The notes beneath the pieces were generated by a model, which saw nothing but the letters and a program-made list of their open reading frames with translations, had not been told where the DNA came from and searched no databases. From NCBI GenBank assembly GCA_000708835.1, contig DF237446.1, positions 1-64,000 of the forward strand: 64,000 nt of DNA, in the 5' to 3' direction. This stretch comes from Klebsormidium nitens. Its lineage: Eukaryota > Plantae > Klebsormidiophyceae. Numbering within the stretch: position 1 is the stretch's first letter; each line of letters opens with the position of its first letter. Both the position numbers and the translations under genes were made by a program. Of this stretch, positions 35,801 through 49,400 are shown piece by piece.

Positions 35801-38800
35801 TGCTCCGAAGCCGCATCTGCAGCTCTTCCCCTCTCCAACGACTCGGCCCCGGCGGACCTCAGCCCTAACCCAGAGGACTTAAGCCCCAAACCCTCTGTTA
35901 ACCCGTCCCGCACCCCCCAAAAAGCGTCAGTGGGCGCCAATCTAGACGAGAGCAGCCCACTGGCCCCTTTCGATGCTGGGCACTTTTCGGATGAGCGCCC
36001 ACTATCAAACGCTGGCGAGTCAGCAGGCCCAGACAATGTCCTTCCGGAGGGGTTGGGCGAAAGACCAGTCTCGGACAGCTATCTCGGCCGGGGAGGATCA
36101 GACGCCGGGGCCGTTTCGGAGTCGCTGCCTTGTTCCGGGAATGTGGATATCGGGGCAGCTTCCACTACTAAGCGACCTGACGGGGAGGCTTGTTCGGACG
36201 GGTTCCCTTGCCTGCGGGACTTGGACACCGGGGCACGCCCGGACGGTTCTCCTTGTTTGATGGTTTCAGACACCGGGGCTGGGTCGATCAGAGTACTCGC
36301 TTCAGTGGCTTTCGATGCGGGAGCAACCCCAGAGCCCGGGGCGGTTTCGACAGGTGGCGCAAGTCCCGGGACTGGGGCTGCTCTGGGCGCCAAGGTGGTT
36401 TTCGATGCCGAGGCGGTTCTGGGCGCCGAAGCTGTTTCGGACTGTGAGGCACTTTCGGACGCTGAGGACATACCTGATGCCAAAGCGAACCCAGGTGCTG
36501 GCGCCGGCGCCGGCGCAGTGACAAACCCTGGGGTGATGTTGGACGCTGCAGAGAGATCGGACGCCGAAGCAACTTCGGACGCCGGGACCGTGTCGGACGC
36601 CTCCTGCTTGAGCTTTGCGTCCGCTCAGCAGGATTGGCAAGCCGGGGGTTCCAGTCCCGCGACGAACGGTGACAAGGCCCAGGAGTGCGCTCCGCATTTG
36701 GCAGACCCCTTGGTAAACCCGGCGCGCCAGTTCGCCCCGGAAACCTCAAGCCCTGCGTCGATTTTCTGTCTGGACGGCGCGTCTGCGGTCATGCCTGTGA
36801 AGCGCAGGTCAAATGCACCGGGGCTAGCGTCTCTGGTAACTGAATCGGCCCCCAGGGGGGGTGGGGCCAAAGACGGTGTCCTGACCCCCTGCAATCAGAA
36901 CCCGAAGGCGGGAAAGTCGGAGATTCTGGAGAGCATGTTCGGGCAGGGGGGCTCTCAATGCAGCAGCGAACAGCGCCCCTCGGACCGAACAGGAGAGGAC
37001 GTCGGAAGGCGTGCATCAGCGCGGCTTGCGGGGGGGGCTCCTAAGAGCACAAGCCTTTCTCACGGGTTGGGTTATCTTGGGGCACCGCTGGCGGCATTAT
37101 CGGGACTGGGGTGGGCTCCTTGGGGGGGGGAGAGCGAGGTCCAGTTTCTGGGCACAGCTAAGGAAGTTGAGAAAGAGAAAGCCCGGTCGGCTGTCGCCGA
37201 GGTGGGGTCAAACGTCGCTCGTCAGGAACCCCCCGAACCTGGACGGACGCTGCGCTTGTGGCAGAGCCTTAAGCAGCAGTTCTATGCCAAGACTGCTGCC
37301 AACCCCAGTTCCGCCGAGTTGGAAAAGCGGGCGGCGAGCTGTGACGGGAAACGCAGTGTGGAGTCCCTCGCTGGCGGACCTTGGAGCGCCAAGTTTGACA
37401 CCTGCTCGGACTTCAGCCTGCCAAGCGACTGGGTCCGTGACGTCACCTCGCCCCGGGGCACTGACGTCACTCGGGGCTCCCGTGTCTGGAAGTCGGTTGG
37501 AAGGCGGGCGAGTAGAGAGTCGGTCGGGGCTACGGAGGCGGACGCGGCTGGGACGAAAGCGGAACCGGAGCAAGGTTGCCTGCAAACGGAACCGGAACAG
37601 GGCGGAAAGGAGGCGGAAGGGGCTGCGTTGACAAAAGAGACCGGTGCGTTCGTAGGACAGAGCGCCTCGGAAGTGGAAACCGAGAAAACACGGGTCCGGA
37701 AGGAAGAGGACCGCTTGAGCCCGAAAATCAAGGAGGCTCCGTTAGGATTGGCGGGATGCCGGCCCGCCGCGGGCGCAGAAGCGACGGGACTGAAGCTTGA
37801 ACCAGAACTGGGACTGCAGCAAGAAGGGGAACCAGATCGAACGCGAGCGGTCGGATCTGCCATCCAGGAGGAGGGAACGGAAGCCGGGCGAACGGATGAT
37901 GAGGCAGAGGGGGTTACGGACGATATGCTGGCGGCGGCGTTGGGTGACGTGGATCAACTGATCGCGGAACATGAGCAGGTGGAAAATGTCTCCATCCTGA
38001 TCTGCAATTACAATGTTTAGAACTCTAGAAGCCGTTTTCAAGGTCTGCTTCTTTCTAGGAACAGAAGTTTCAAATGGAGTGCCTGACCGTATTTTGCTGC
38101 AGCACTTATCTTACTGCATTCGGTCATCCTTTTAGAAACTTGTCTTGGTCTTATGCAAATCTCGGCCGACTTCAAGAGACGTGCGAGCTGGTGTTTTCAC
38201 AAGGTGACTTCAGCGTTAATTTTGATTCCATTTCATTGGACACTGTAGCTTCCTTTGACACCAACTTTGGCACCAACTGCGACACTTGTCTCATGTTGAA
38301 GCATTCGAAGCTCAGAGTTTTTCAGATTTCATTAGACGTTTCAAAGCGGTCGCTTACCAATCTCGTCTTGACCTTTGTTTGCCAGGCGTCCGATGAGTTC
38401 GCTTCCGCCAGTCCCCAAATCAGTGCCCACTTCGGCAGTCCCCTGTGCCGCTTCCCCCCAAGCGACGCACTGCCCGAGCTGCGGCTAAAACGCAAGCGGT
38501 CCTCTGCGCCCCGGAAGCCGCCACGTCGCAGCCCACAGACGAAGCAAACAGATGACGAAGAGGTGGTTGAGGTTCGAAGCCCCCAATGGCAGGACGGCCG
38601 AAACTCGGGGCTGGTCAGTCCGGACGGGAGCGTGTGCCGCGGGCGCATAAGGCGCGTGCCGGACGTGTACCGGACGTCCGCGTCGCTCGAGTTTCGGGTG
38701 GAGGACCAGGTGGGGCTGAAGTCGCCCCTCGGAAGCGAGGCGACGTCGGGGAAAAAGAAGCGGAAGGGGGAGCTGAAGTCTCCTTTCGAAGAGGAGGCGA

Positions 38801-41800
38801 CGTCGGAAAACAGAAGAAGAAAGGGAGGGGCGAAAGTTGCGAATGAAGGGGTGTTAGGCGCAGTGAGCGGCGAGAATGGAGGAAAGGCGACGCTGGAGAA
38901 GAGGAAGGAGGAAGGAGTGTCGGAAGCCGTGAGGGGAGGGGAGGGGGGAATTGCAGCAATAGTAAAGCACGGAGGGAAAGAGGTGTCGAAGAGAGAAGAG
39001 AAGACTGGCGTAACCATTGCCGGCCTGGCTTGCAACGGTGGGGACGTCGACGATGGGGGCGTGAGCGGCACAGCAAGCGGCACTCACGAGGAAACGGCGA
39101 CGGAGAGTAAGGGAGTATCGAAAGCCATGATGAAACCGGCGGCGACCGGTGCACCGAGCAGTGGAGCCGACGACGGGGCGCGGTTGGAGGGGCAGAAAAG
39201 AGAAAAGGTGGGCATTGCGAGTGGCGGACGCTTGGAGGGTGGCCTCGCTGACGTCACCGCTGCGACCGGGGGCAGCGGAAAGAAGCGGAGGACGAAGCGG
39301 AAGAGAGCGGCGGGGGCGGGGGGTGTCGTTTCGGGGGGGTCGGAAGGAGGACTGCAAACGGAAAGTATGGCGGGGGGAGCTTCGACGGAGTACGGGGGTC
39401 TGGAGCGTGGGCTTTGGGAAGGGCTGCTAAGGGGGCTTCAAGAAAGGGAGGGAGAAGTTACCTCTTCCACCGACGGTGGCCGGAATGCTGCAAAGACCGG
39501 TGATGTTTGGAAACATGGTGAGGCAGATTGCTTGGGAGAGGGGAGTCCCGAGGAGAGTAACCGGTCGCTTACGGACGTCGAAACTTTTGACAAAGACGAG
39601 CGGAGACCTGCCCAGGGGATCCCTCGTGGGGAAGAACGGGTTGCTCCGAGAAACGGGGAAGGGGGATGCATCTCCGAGGTAAGTGGCGGCATGGAGTGGG
39701 GGCAGAAGCGGAAACGCGCCCGGGGTGCGGACGTCGGCGCAGACCTGGACGGGCTATCCGGGTGTCCGAAAGCGGACGGTGGCTTATTCGTTCGTGCAGC
39801 AGATCTGAAAGCCGGTCAGAAGCTTGACGGCTTGAGCGACTGCGGCGCTGGAATCGCCGAGACTGCCCTAAGCAAGGACGCGGAAGCTTCTGAGGGAGGG
39901 AAGGGGGGAGAGGAGATGGGCGGAGCAAAGGGGGGAGCAGAGGAGAATGAAGAGCAAAAAGGGGGAGAAAAGGGAGAGGTAGAGCAAGTGAGCGGAGTTG
40001 AGAGGAAGGGGGAGAGAGGCGCCGAGGCAAAGATGGAGGCACATAGAGAGGACCGTGAGACGAAGGAAGAGAGAATAGGAAAAAGAAAGAAGACGGAAGA
40101 TCTGGAAAGGAAAGCAGGGACCGCGGGAGGAGTAGCGGATAGGACTCCGTCATCGGGAGTTGATGACGTGGACTGGGAAGAGGCGTCCCTGAGTCTGAAG
40201 CCCCTGAGTCCCCCGCTGTCGCCGTTCCAGCTGAGACTGGCCCAAAGCCCTGGGCTCCAGTCAGAGGGATCCCCTTCCAAGTGCCTCCCCGAGCTCCTTC
40301 CAGGTTCGCAGCTACATGTCGACCCGGTTCCGCCGGACTGCGGAGAACAATCCAAAGCCGGAGGCGACGTCATGCTGAAGTTAATGCCGGGTGGACTCCT
40401 GGCGCTTCCCCGGCTGGTCGAGGAGTCGCCGTCCCCGCTGCCCCGTCAGACAGTGCCAGCTGGCAGCCCCTCAGTCGGCGCTCAAACCCTTCAAATCCTG
40501 CCGCCCAGCGACAACCCCTTGCCGGCGGTTTTCGGCGACGCAGCGAGCGTTGCTCCCTTCCAGATCCCCAAATTCGGCCAGGAAAGCCTTCCTGCGATTG
40601 GTTCAGCAGGCGGCGTGCAAGATCCGGATTCCGCTTCAAAGGAGCCCCCGCAAAGCCCCCGGGTTGCTCCGCTACAAACTGCCCAGCTCCTAAGCACGCC
40701 CCCCCGGAACCAGGGGGCCCAAACCGCCCAGCAAACGGCCCCCCGGAGCTGCCAAACGTCGACCTCGGAAACTGCCCACCTTCTAAGCACACCTCCCCGG
40801 AACCAGGGGGCCCCAACCGCCCAGGAAACGCCCCCCCGGAGCTGCGAAACGTCGACTTGCCCGGTGGACCCGGCCTTCGGCCCTACCCCAGAGAGCAAGC
40901 ACAAGCGCCGGCGGATGTCGTTTTCCCCGGCCGTTAAAAAGCGCCTCGTCTCGCTGGCCAGCCCGCTGTCTCAGACCGACGCCGATGATACGGACGCGTT
41001 CTGTGCCCCAAGGGGATCCCCCTACTTCGCGCGCAAACGGCGGTCAGAAAACCGGGTTGACGAAAACCGAGCTAGCGACTCCCGATCGTTGCAGCGCCAA
41101 TCGGAAGTGGGCAGCGTGAGCCGCGACTCCGAAGTGGGGGCTTCCGAGTCGGATCTGTCGTTTTCGGGGGGGCAACCGAGCTGGGGAGCTGAGGGGGGGA
41201 ATGGTGAGAGGCCATCCCCCCAGACGAAGCGTGCGAAATTCAGCTTGTGGCTGGATGAGGGGACGCCGACAAAAGCGGCGCTGGTGGAGAGTCCGCTGGA
41301 GCTGTCCGTCCGAGACGGACAAAGTGTGGAAAACGGAACGGATGACCCCGGAAAGTGGTGGAACGAACTTCGGGGGAGTGAGCCGCTCAAAGCACACACT
41401 TTCGGCGGTGCCAATAACAGAGACTTGAGCGAAGCAGCCTTGGGGGACAGGAACAGCCCTAACTGGGGCCCCCCCAAAGGAGACAAGTCGCAACTCCGTG
41501 CGACAGAGTGGGCGGAAGGCGATTTGTTGGGCGAAAACGGAACGCCGGGCGTCGAACGGTGGCTGACGCTTCCGGAGGGGACTGGTTTCGACGACGAAAC
41601 GGGGCCCCGGGTGGATAAACCGGGCGCAGGCCGCCAGCTGAAGACGGGTGTAAAGATGCCCGGTGAAAGTGCACGGGAGAGGGGCGTGGACAGATTGAGG
41701 GAGAACTTATCCAGGACTTTGGAGAGGGTGGGGGTGAAACTGGCGAAAGCGGATGGTGAGAGCGGGGCGCAACGGGAGTCACAGGTGAGATTCGCAACGT

Positions 41801-44800
41801 GAATCTTAATAAACTTTCTGAGAATTCCACCATGCGGAATCAATTGACTGTTCGTCCGCTAAACGTGCGATCATTCTACATTCCGGACTAGGCTTTGCAA
41901 TTGCAGAAGTGTGAGGCTTGATGAATGGACAGGAGACTCGACATGTTCTGATGGAAGCGGTTTGCATCAAGATAGGAACTGCCTTTCCACACACCCCCGC
42001 CGGTCTAGATTCCGCAGCACGCCCTGACCATGCTTTAAGCGCGTTCTAAATGCGTATCCGTCGATTTTTTGCTTGCCAGGAGGGTCAAGCTCAACCCAAG
42101 CCGGTCAGGCTAGGGCTTCCTTCCGGCAGCCGCACACGTAAGCCGCCCTGCTCACTTATGCCGGAACTTTTCAGTCGGCATAGAGACGCTGATTGTTGAA
42201 GCCAAACATAAATATGGTGCAGTAAACGAATCGCTGAGCAGTGCCCAATGTAGCAAAGGTCGTTGGCAGGCAATTACGCGGTTTCTAATGTCAACATAAC
42301 TGCTGATGTTTCAATGCCCGTGTTACATCTGGTTGCGGAGACGTTGGCTTCCGGCGTATCTTGGCGGTTTGTCGCATGGGCTGTGCGTGGTCAGCTCAAA
42401 TCCCGCTTGGAAATATTACTCCAATTGCTTTACCCTACGGTATAAAGTGGATGGTCTTTCAGAATCAGTCCCTCTTTCTTCGGCTCGTCATCCATCTCTG
42501 TGGGTGGTCTGAGCCAAACAAGGCTGACCTTACGATTGATTGAATGCATCAAGTTGTGCGAGACCCATATGCTGACGTTGCGCTGACGCCACCGTCATCT
42601 TTCCGTTCCCAGGGCTACTCCCCGGGCTGCACCCCGAGTCAATCGAATGCGACAGCCCGGGTGCCAAAGGCCACTCGTGGGATCCCCCAAACGAACTCAA
42701 ACATGCCCGGGGGATCCCCCACAAATTCCAGCCAAGCCGCCCCTTCTCTCTGCGGGTCGGCGAGTCCGAGGTGCAACCGGTTAAAGCTCAAACCGGGGAA
42801 GCGTACCGACCGTCAAACTCCGGTGTTAGTAGGGGATCTGACGGGGCCCCTCAACCGGTGAAACTCTCACGTAGCTTGCGTCTGCTCCAAGCGGCAAAGG
42901 ACATCGCCGATAAACGCGCCGAAGCAGAGAAGCGCGCCGCAGATAATCCGAACCCGAGCCCGATAACCCTCCCGATAACCCTCCTTAACCAGAACAGGGG
43001 TTTGGGTCAGTTTGATTGGACAGGAAGCGACAGCCCAGTAGGTTTGAGGGGCATAGGCGAACGGGCCAGAGGGATAAGCGGACGGGAGAGGGATATAAGC
43101 GGGGGTGAAAAGGGGATAGGGAGGCGGCCGAGTCTGGACGAGGTTACGAGGGAGAACACGCGGCTCAACTCGTTCCGGTTGCACTTCCCGCCCCTTCCCC
43201 CGGTGGTCAGGAAGAAGAAGCGACGGCGGTTTGTCATGCGCATGAAGAACGCACCCTGTAACCGGTCCGGTAACGAGTCCCTTAACCCGTCCGGTAACGA
43301 GGCCCTTAACTCACCTAGCAACGGGGCCAAAGTCGGAAGCAATCCGTCCGAATCAGGGGGAAACAAAATCGCAAAGGGGGTGGTCTCGCCTGGCGTTTCT
43401 CCGCCCGGGGAGGCGATTCACACCTCGCCCAATTTTGCACTCGCCTTTCCCGAGTGTGTCAAGTCGGCAACCCACCTCCCCGATTCCCCCTTGTCACCCA
43501 GCCCCCTGAAAGCCATCCCCTTCTCCTTGTTGCTCGACCTGTCCCCCTCTCCGGAAAAGGCCAGCAGCGACTCTGATGACGTCACTTCGGGTCCGGTGAC
43601 GTCGGATGACGTCACTTCTCAGGACAACGGCCCCCCCAGGCAAAGGCCCTCCGTAAGCGGCGGGTCAATGAGGAAGGAGAGCCCCGTCCTCAAGGGCCCC
43701 GCAGGCTGCGGCAGCCCCCTGCGAACCTCTAGAGGTTCCGGGTGCCCGAAAAAGAGGGCGGGGACCTCGGGGGGAACTCTGAAGGGTCCCCAAGTTTCTT
43801 GGGGCGCGGCTGCGGCCGAGCCCTGGGGAAGCGAGGGCCCGCAAGCCCTGAGGGGTTTGCAGCCCGGAACCACTTCGGTTAAGGGGATCCTTAAGAGAAG
43901 GTCAAGCTTGTCGGGCGACTCTGGGCCCCAGTCTCGGAGCGTTAAGTCGCCGGAAACAGTGAGCAGAGGGGCGGAGGAGGCCGTTTCTGGGGCCTCATTG
44001 GAGGGTGAGTTTCCCAACTGACAAATCTGAGTTGAAGGAAGGCCGGACATGGGTAAAACATGAAGGTTATTGGAATTGGCTGATCGGGATCGCGTATTGA
44101 ATATTTCGTTGTTTTCGTGGGGGAAATCAGAGACACCCATCTAACAAAATGAGTGATCACCATCAATATATTGGTGGTTAAGCAGTTTCATTCAAGGAGG
44201 AAACTGATCAAACCCCATTCAGTCAACCATCACTTTGCCACCAGTTTATCGAACAAACTCATTCAGTCTGGTTTTGCTTTCTTCCCCTGCAGGTAAGGCG
44301 CTCGAAGGTGCTGAGGTCACGCTCGGCGCTGTCTCGACACCTCCAGACTCGCAGTCACGGGTGAGTTTCCGCTCTGGTTGACAACCTCTATCTCCATGCA
44401 AATCGTCTTTCTATTCTTTTCCCCGGCGAGCCTTTCAAAGTCAGACAAACAAGTGCCTCCTACAATGCAAATCGTCTTTCCATTCTTGTCCCTGGCAAAC
44501 CTTTCAATGACACACAAACAGGTATTCAATGACTCCCAAATTTTTGACTCATGTGAATGAGTCGAGAAGAGCACTTTTCGCGTTGTTGCAAGTCAACTGG
44601 GTCAGATCAAGCCGTCATCATCAGCCGTCATCTGCAAAAGGATACTCGCGATACCGAAGTTCGTGATGACCATTAGTTTTCAGGATCAACCGAATGTCGT
44701 GGGCTTGCACACGAGGCATCATCAGTGAGGAAGGATTGTTCAGGGCTTCCCTCGGCCGCAGACAAACCTCGGCGACTTCGTGTCTGCGACAGGACTTTCC

Positions 44801-45380
44801 CATATTGATCCGGTCACATAGGGCTGTCAGACAAAGTCTGACAGCTAGCACGTCTTTCCTACTTGAAGAACGTCAAATTGCTGCGCTCAGCGGTGGGTTA
44901 AACCGGTCTCTTCGTGCTAACCAGAACGTTGCTACTTGCAGGAGCTCAATTGCTCGCCGGAAGGTGTCTCCAAGGGGGAAGCCCACAATCAGATCAGTTC
45001 TCAAAAGGTGGGCTTCATCTTCTGTTCCCGTTGTCACATGGAAAAGGCTATGGGAAAGGCTATGATGTCATCATCTGTTTTCCAAACGATTGATGGGCCA
45101 ATTCAGACGTTTTTGATGGATCGAGAGCGACAAAGTGGCATCGTAGAATGTGCGACATTGTCAGCCATATCGGATGATTAAGTTACTGTCGACGGAAGGC
45201 TTTCATTCGGTTGATTGAACAGAGACTGCAGATTTTCCCTGCTCTTGTAATTCAAGACCAAGACCGACTGTGATCAGACTTCTCTCTCCTCACTCTGGCT
45301 TTCCTGTTGCTCTGCAGAAGGCTGTGCGGTTCGCCGACGAGAGCGGCCGGGGCGAGCTGTGCCACTATCAGTGTTGTTGA
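32877..45380 (+). CDS. Giant (~2,843 aa) protein: N-terminal Tudor domain, Cys/His Zn-binding motifs, ~2,600-aa disordered region and C-terminal GILK + RVxF-type motifs
   Basis: Exons 32877-33172, 33904-34175, 34551-35333, 35778-37978, 38386-41784, 42080-42137, 42613-44004, 44293-44360 and 45318-45380 are phase-consistent (8532 nt). Tudor signature IEAWWPLDKCWYRATV...VLYEDGDAEEL; FCTRCDQ..HFPCPC; CHGC..CPNCG; ends RKAVRFADESGRGELCHYQCC*. More 5' exons are possible. Confidence 0.75.
40672..40860 (+). repeat. Coding tandem duplication (~99 bp, 33 aa) inside the giant exon
   Basis: TAQLLSTPPRNQGAQTAQQTAPRSCQTST is followed by TAHLLSTPPRNQGAPTAQETPPRSCETST. Confidence 0.85.
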
Positions 45381-46485
45381 AGCGGGCGGAATTCCGTCGT
45401 TGTAGCGAACCGGTTGCGGACGGAATTGGGTCTGACTGGGACCTTGTGTTGCTTGTACAGCCGCGCAGTGTTGCTCAAATTTAGTGTGCGATGTTAACAG
45501 TAAAGAGACGTATTGGACTAAGATGTGTTGGCCGTGATTGGCACGCGGCTGCATAGAGAGGCAGATTCAAATGCAATCGAGCATTACCATTGAGATCCTG
45601 TCAGGCTTAGTTGTTCAGGCCCGAAAACAGGATGACCACTTTTTTTGTCATGCGCACATGGCCCAACCATGAAGGCGGCCAGCTGAAAAATCCTTTACAG
45701 TAGCTCCACCCGGAGAGTGCTCCAAAACGCGGCCCGTTCGTTTACATGTATACCAAAGATTGTCGTTGCACCGTCAATCAACGAATTTGTTAGCTGCATG
45801 GCACGAAATCCTGCATCACAGAACTCTGTTGAGAGGATCAGATTGCAACATGCAACTTACGTCAGCTGCATTGGATGAATGATGTTACAATTAGTCGCGA
45901 GTACGTAACGGCCGCGCATAAATGAAGCCGCGCCCGGGGAGCTGCATGCATATACAGTGCACCGGCCAATCGACTGGCACGCGCTGGCACGTACGGGCGC
46001 GCCGCGGCCGTGCATATGCCACATGTGCGCATGCATGACATATACACGTATATATCATGCAAAACCGAGTCTGCTCACGCATTGTGACAAGCGCGAGCGC
46101 GCGCGGCTGCAGTCGGGCACCCGAACCAACAATTGAGCAGCCTGCACGAGACGGAAATGTACATGTCATGGCTGGCACCATGAGTGCGTGCCTACACAAA
46201 AGCTGGCTGTTAACTTAAACGGTAAACGGCCGGGCCAGGCGCCTACAACTAGTGTCTTTTGCACTGAGATCGGACTCATGATATACCGTCGTGCTCCAAG
46301 GCTCTGAATATGTAAACATGCCGCCATAATCCTGGAAAACATTATATACACGTCCACAATCATCCCCAAACGAACTCCACACTTTAGGTCCACAAACCAT
46401 ATGTCAAGTTCAGTAAGACAACCTTTCCCCAAAGCCTCGTTGTATTCGCCTCCTCGCAGTGCTCAACACACTGCCACGTGTCAGG

Positions 46486-49400
46486 TCATAGGAACATGTC
46501 TCGGAAGTACTCGTCGTACTCCTCCTCTTTGGACGGCTCCACCTCAGGCTTCTTGCCCGTCCATATGCTGTCGTCCGCCGGCAAAGACCCACCTGAAGAT
46601 GCACCCAGAAATCTGGTTTGCCCTGATTGCTCTGAAACGATTATTTTTGGAGGGAATGGTGGGCGGGTTTGACAATGTGGCCCGCAGGTTTCGACGTGAC
46701 GAAAGGGGAGAATAGAAAGGACCGCAGAAGGAGGATGCCAACTTCGAGTGCAAACTTTCTCTGCATCTTTTAAGAGGCAAGAGTTCAAGATAGGTTTCGC
46801 TTGAAAGGAAGAGCAAGGTTCCGTTTACGATCCTTGAATTGATCGAGAGTCTTCACTTCGGCATGCGTACTTGCAAGCAATTGTGCAAACCTGCCGCACT
46901 GGGTCAAAAGATGCACCACCAGAAAGCCCGGCACGTTTCAATCGACGCCTTTACCTATCATGAAACTGCTTCCCTCACGACACCCCAGTCAAAAACCGCC
47001 CTCCTCAGCGCGTCACCAGACCGACGCACTGAGTCAAAAGCTCAAATGGGACGAGAACTCGTTGTCAAAACCAAAGGGGCAGTGAAGTTTACCTGTCATT
47101 TGGGTCTTCGTCTCCGTACTAGTTCCGCCCTCGCCCTGGGGGGGTACTGCAGGCTGGCCGGAAGGGCTTCCGTCTACCCCCTCTTCCGCCGAAGCAGTGC
47201 CGGCATCTTCTTTGTCCGGACCAGGCTCTCGGTCCGAATCGACGTCTTCTTTCTTCCCCTTACTGTCCCTCCTGCAAGTCGGAAAGGAGGTCAAGTCGAA
47301 GCTTGCCCATGAACGGGACACTCTTTCTGCCAATACGAACCGACGCGTAGGCTATTGATCAAAGGGTGCAGAATAAGAAAACACATTGGAGTCGTGGTTG
47401 AGTGATTGGTATTGAATGCTGTCTAAAAGTACACTCCTTCCACTCGTCAAACGCGGGCCACAGTGAGTCAGTGGTGACTGCATGGAAGAGATGCATTGAA
47501 CCGTGACAGAGTTTGGTCTTCTCAAAGCAGGCACAGACCCGGCTTAGAGAAGTGCAAGAGTCGGAAGTTTCGCTGATCGGATACCCTTTTGCCGGTTTAC
47601 CAAATGTCTCGATTCTCACGTTGATGTTTTCAAATCATTTTCCATTTCTTATCAGGCCTTTACTGTTTTATCTCTACCCCTCCCGAGCACGGCTTGTACG
47701 AATGATCTGCTTCTGCAACCTTGTTGTCCGTATCCTTCTCCAGTTCCGTTTCCACTCCCAATCCCGTCTCATAATGCTCTCACCTTCGTCGCTTCCTTGA
47801 CCTTCGCTCCTCTTTCCGCTGCTGCCGTGCGAGCTCCTTCTCTTTCCGGTAGTTCAGCTTGTAGGCGCACCTGAACGGAAATCGAACGATGTCAAACGGA
47901 ACCGGAACGGTGTTGGGGCAAGACGTAATGGTATACAGCCAGAACGGAACGGAAATGGTTGGAGGACCTGGTGCGGATGCAGGGCTTAAAATGGATTCCG
48001 GTCAGAACGAGACTGAACGGAAACGCACGCTAGAGGAATGCTTTTGGACGAAACGGGGATAGGCAAAATACGGAAACGGAATGGCGTTAGCGAAATCGGA
48101 GCGGCCGATGTCCAGCCGTCGCATACGTCAAGCTGTCGCATACGAGGGCCAACGCCGTACTAATAATGAAACCATTAACCAGAGTTTAATCACTGATTAT
48201 TCTGCTGACACGAGGAAGCATCAGCTCCATGAAGCAATTCTGGAAGGAGAATCTTTTCCACTCTGAAATGACAGATCTGTCGCTCACTTCGGACACAGCC
48301 GGAGCTTCACAAGCGCGTTCTTTTCCTCGCCGGCCTCCTTGTAAGCGAAGTTGACCTGCAACAAACGTCGTAGAAGAGCGTTCCATCTTCGAGTGAAGCT
48401 GGCTGTAGGGCACCTGATTCTGAGTTGGGATTCGGATTGCGTAAGCGTTGTGTAGGTCGCGCAACTTCGAATCAAGGAAGCCCAGGCGAGAGAACGCGCC
48501 CAGAAAATGCGACAAGGAGACGGAAGAAGACAAGAACGGATAAGCGGGTCCCCAAAGGACAGAAGAACGTGAATCGTGTAAGATTGGCATAACAAAGAGC
48601 ACGAGTCGATAAAGTTGAACGGACAGCGAAAGGAGACGGATAGGGGAAAAGCAGAGAGGCAAAGCGACAGGAACTGACCGACAATAAGAGCGAGCCCAAC
48701 AGCCGATTAAGCGCGCCAATCGACAGACTCCAAGAAAGACCGTGCCTACCCTCCAGCACCGGAACCCAGTGCAATCGTGTGGCGGATTGTAAAGGCCGGA
48801 ACAGGAAGCAAGCGTAGGATGAGACAGCAGAGCGGACTCTCAAAGGTCAGCTAAGCAGGATGTACTGTGCCAGTAGAAGGGTTTGCAGAGGTTGTTTGCT
48901 CCTAACCCACCTCGTAACTACGGAGCCCGTTGCGCTCGCCGTGCTCCTTGTTGCCGCAGATGAACTGTCCTACGTAGAGCGACGAGCAATTCTTGTGAGA
49001 TGGCAATGGAGATAATACCCGCAGCTTTATCCAAGGAATCTCCTGGGAGCTTTTTGAGTGGACGACGGACAACTGCGGCTTTGAAACCAGAAACGGAACA
49101 GCAGCGAAGCGGGAGTGTTCAAAGTTATGGGTTTGGCGATCGTTGAATCACAAGCTGACAGCAGGACTTCTGATGGGCTACAAAGGTTCCGTCAAAAGAA
49201 CAAGAAGCTCGGCTGCAGAGAAGAACTCGATAAGTTCCTTTGTCTACAGCTGCTTTGAGTTGAAACAGTGTGAAAGAGTGCCCTCAGAGAAAGATATGTG
49301 ACGAGCCGCATAAAGGGAAAGCTTTGGCCTTACCCTTGCCGGCAACCACTTCCTTCTCCGTCCGCCATCGCAAACCCACCTGCGAAAACCGGATTCATAA

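Noticed and set aside
35746-43615. Many long antisense and alternative-frame ORFs overlapping the giant gene
   Set aside because: Shadow ORFs of GC-rich, low-complexity exons with no motifs or independent splice structure.
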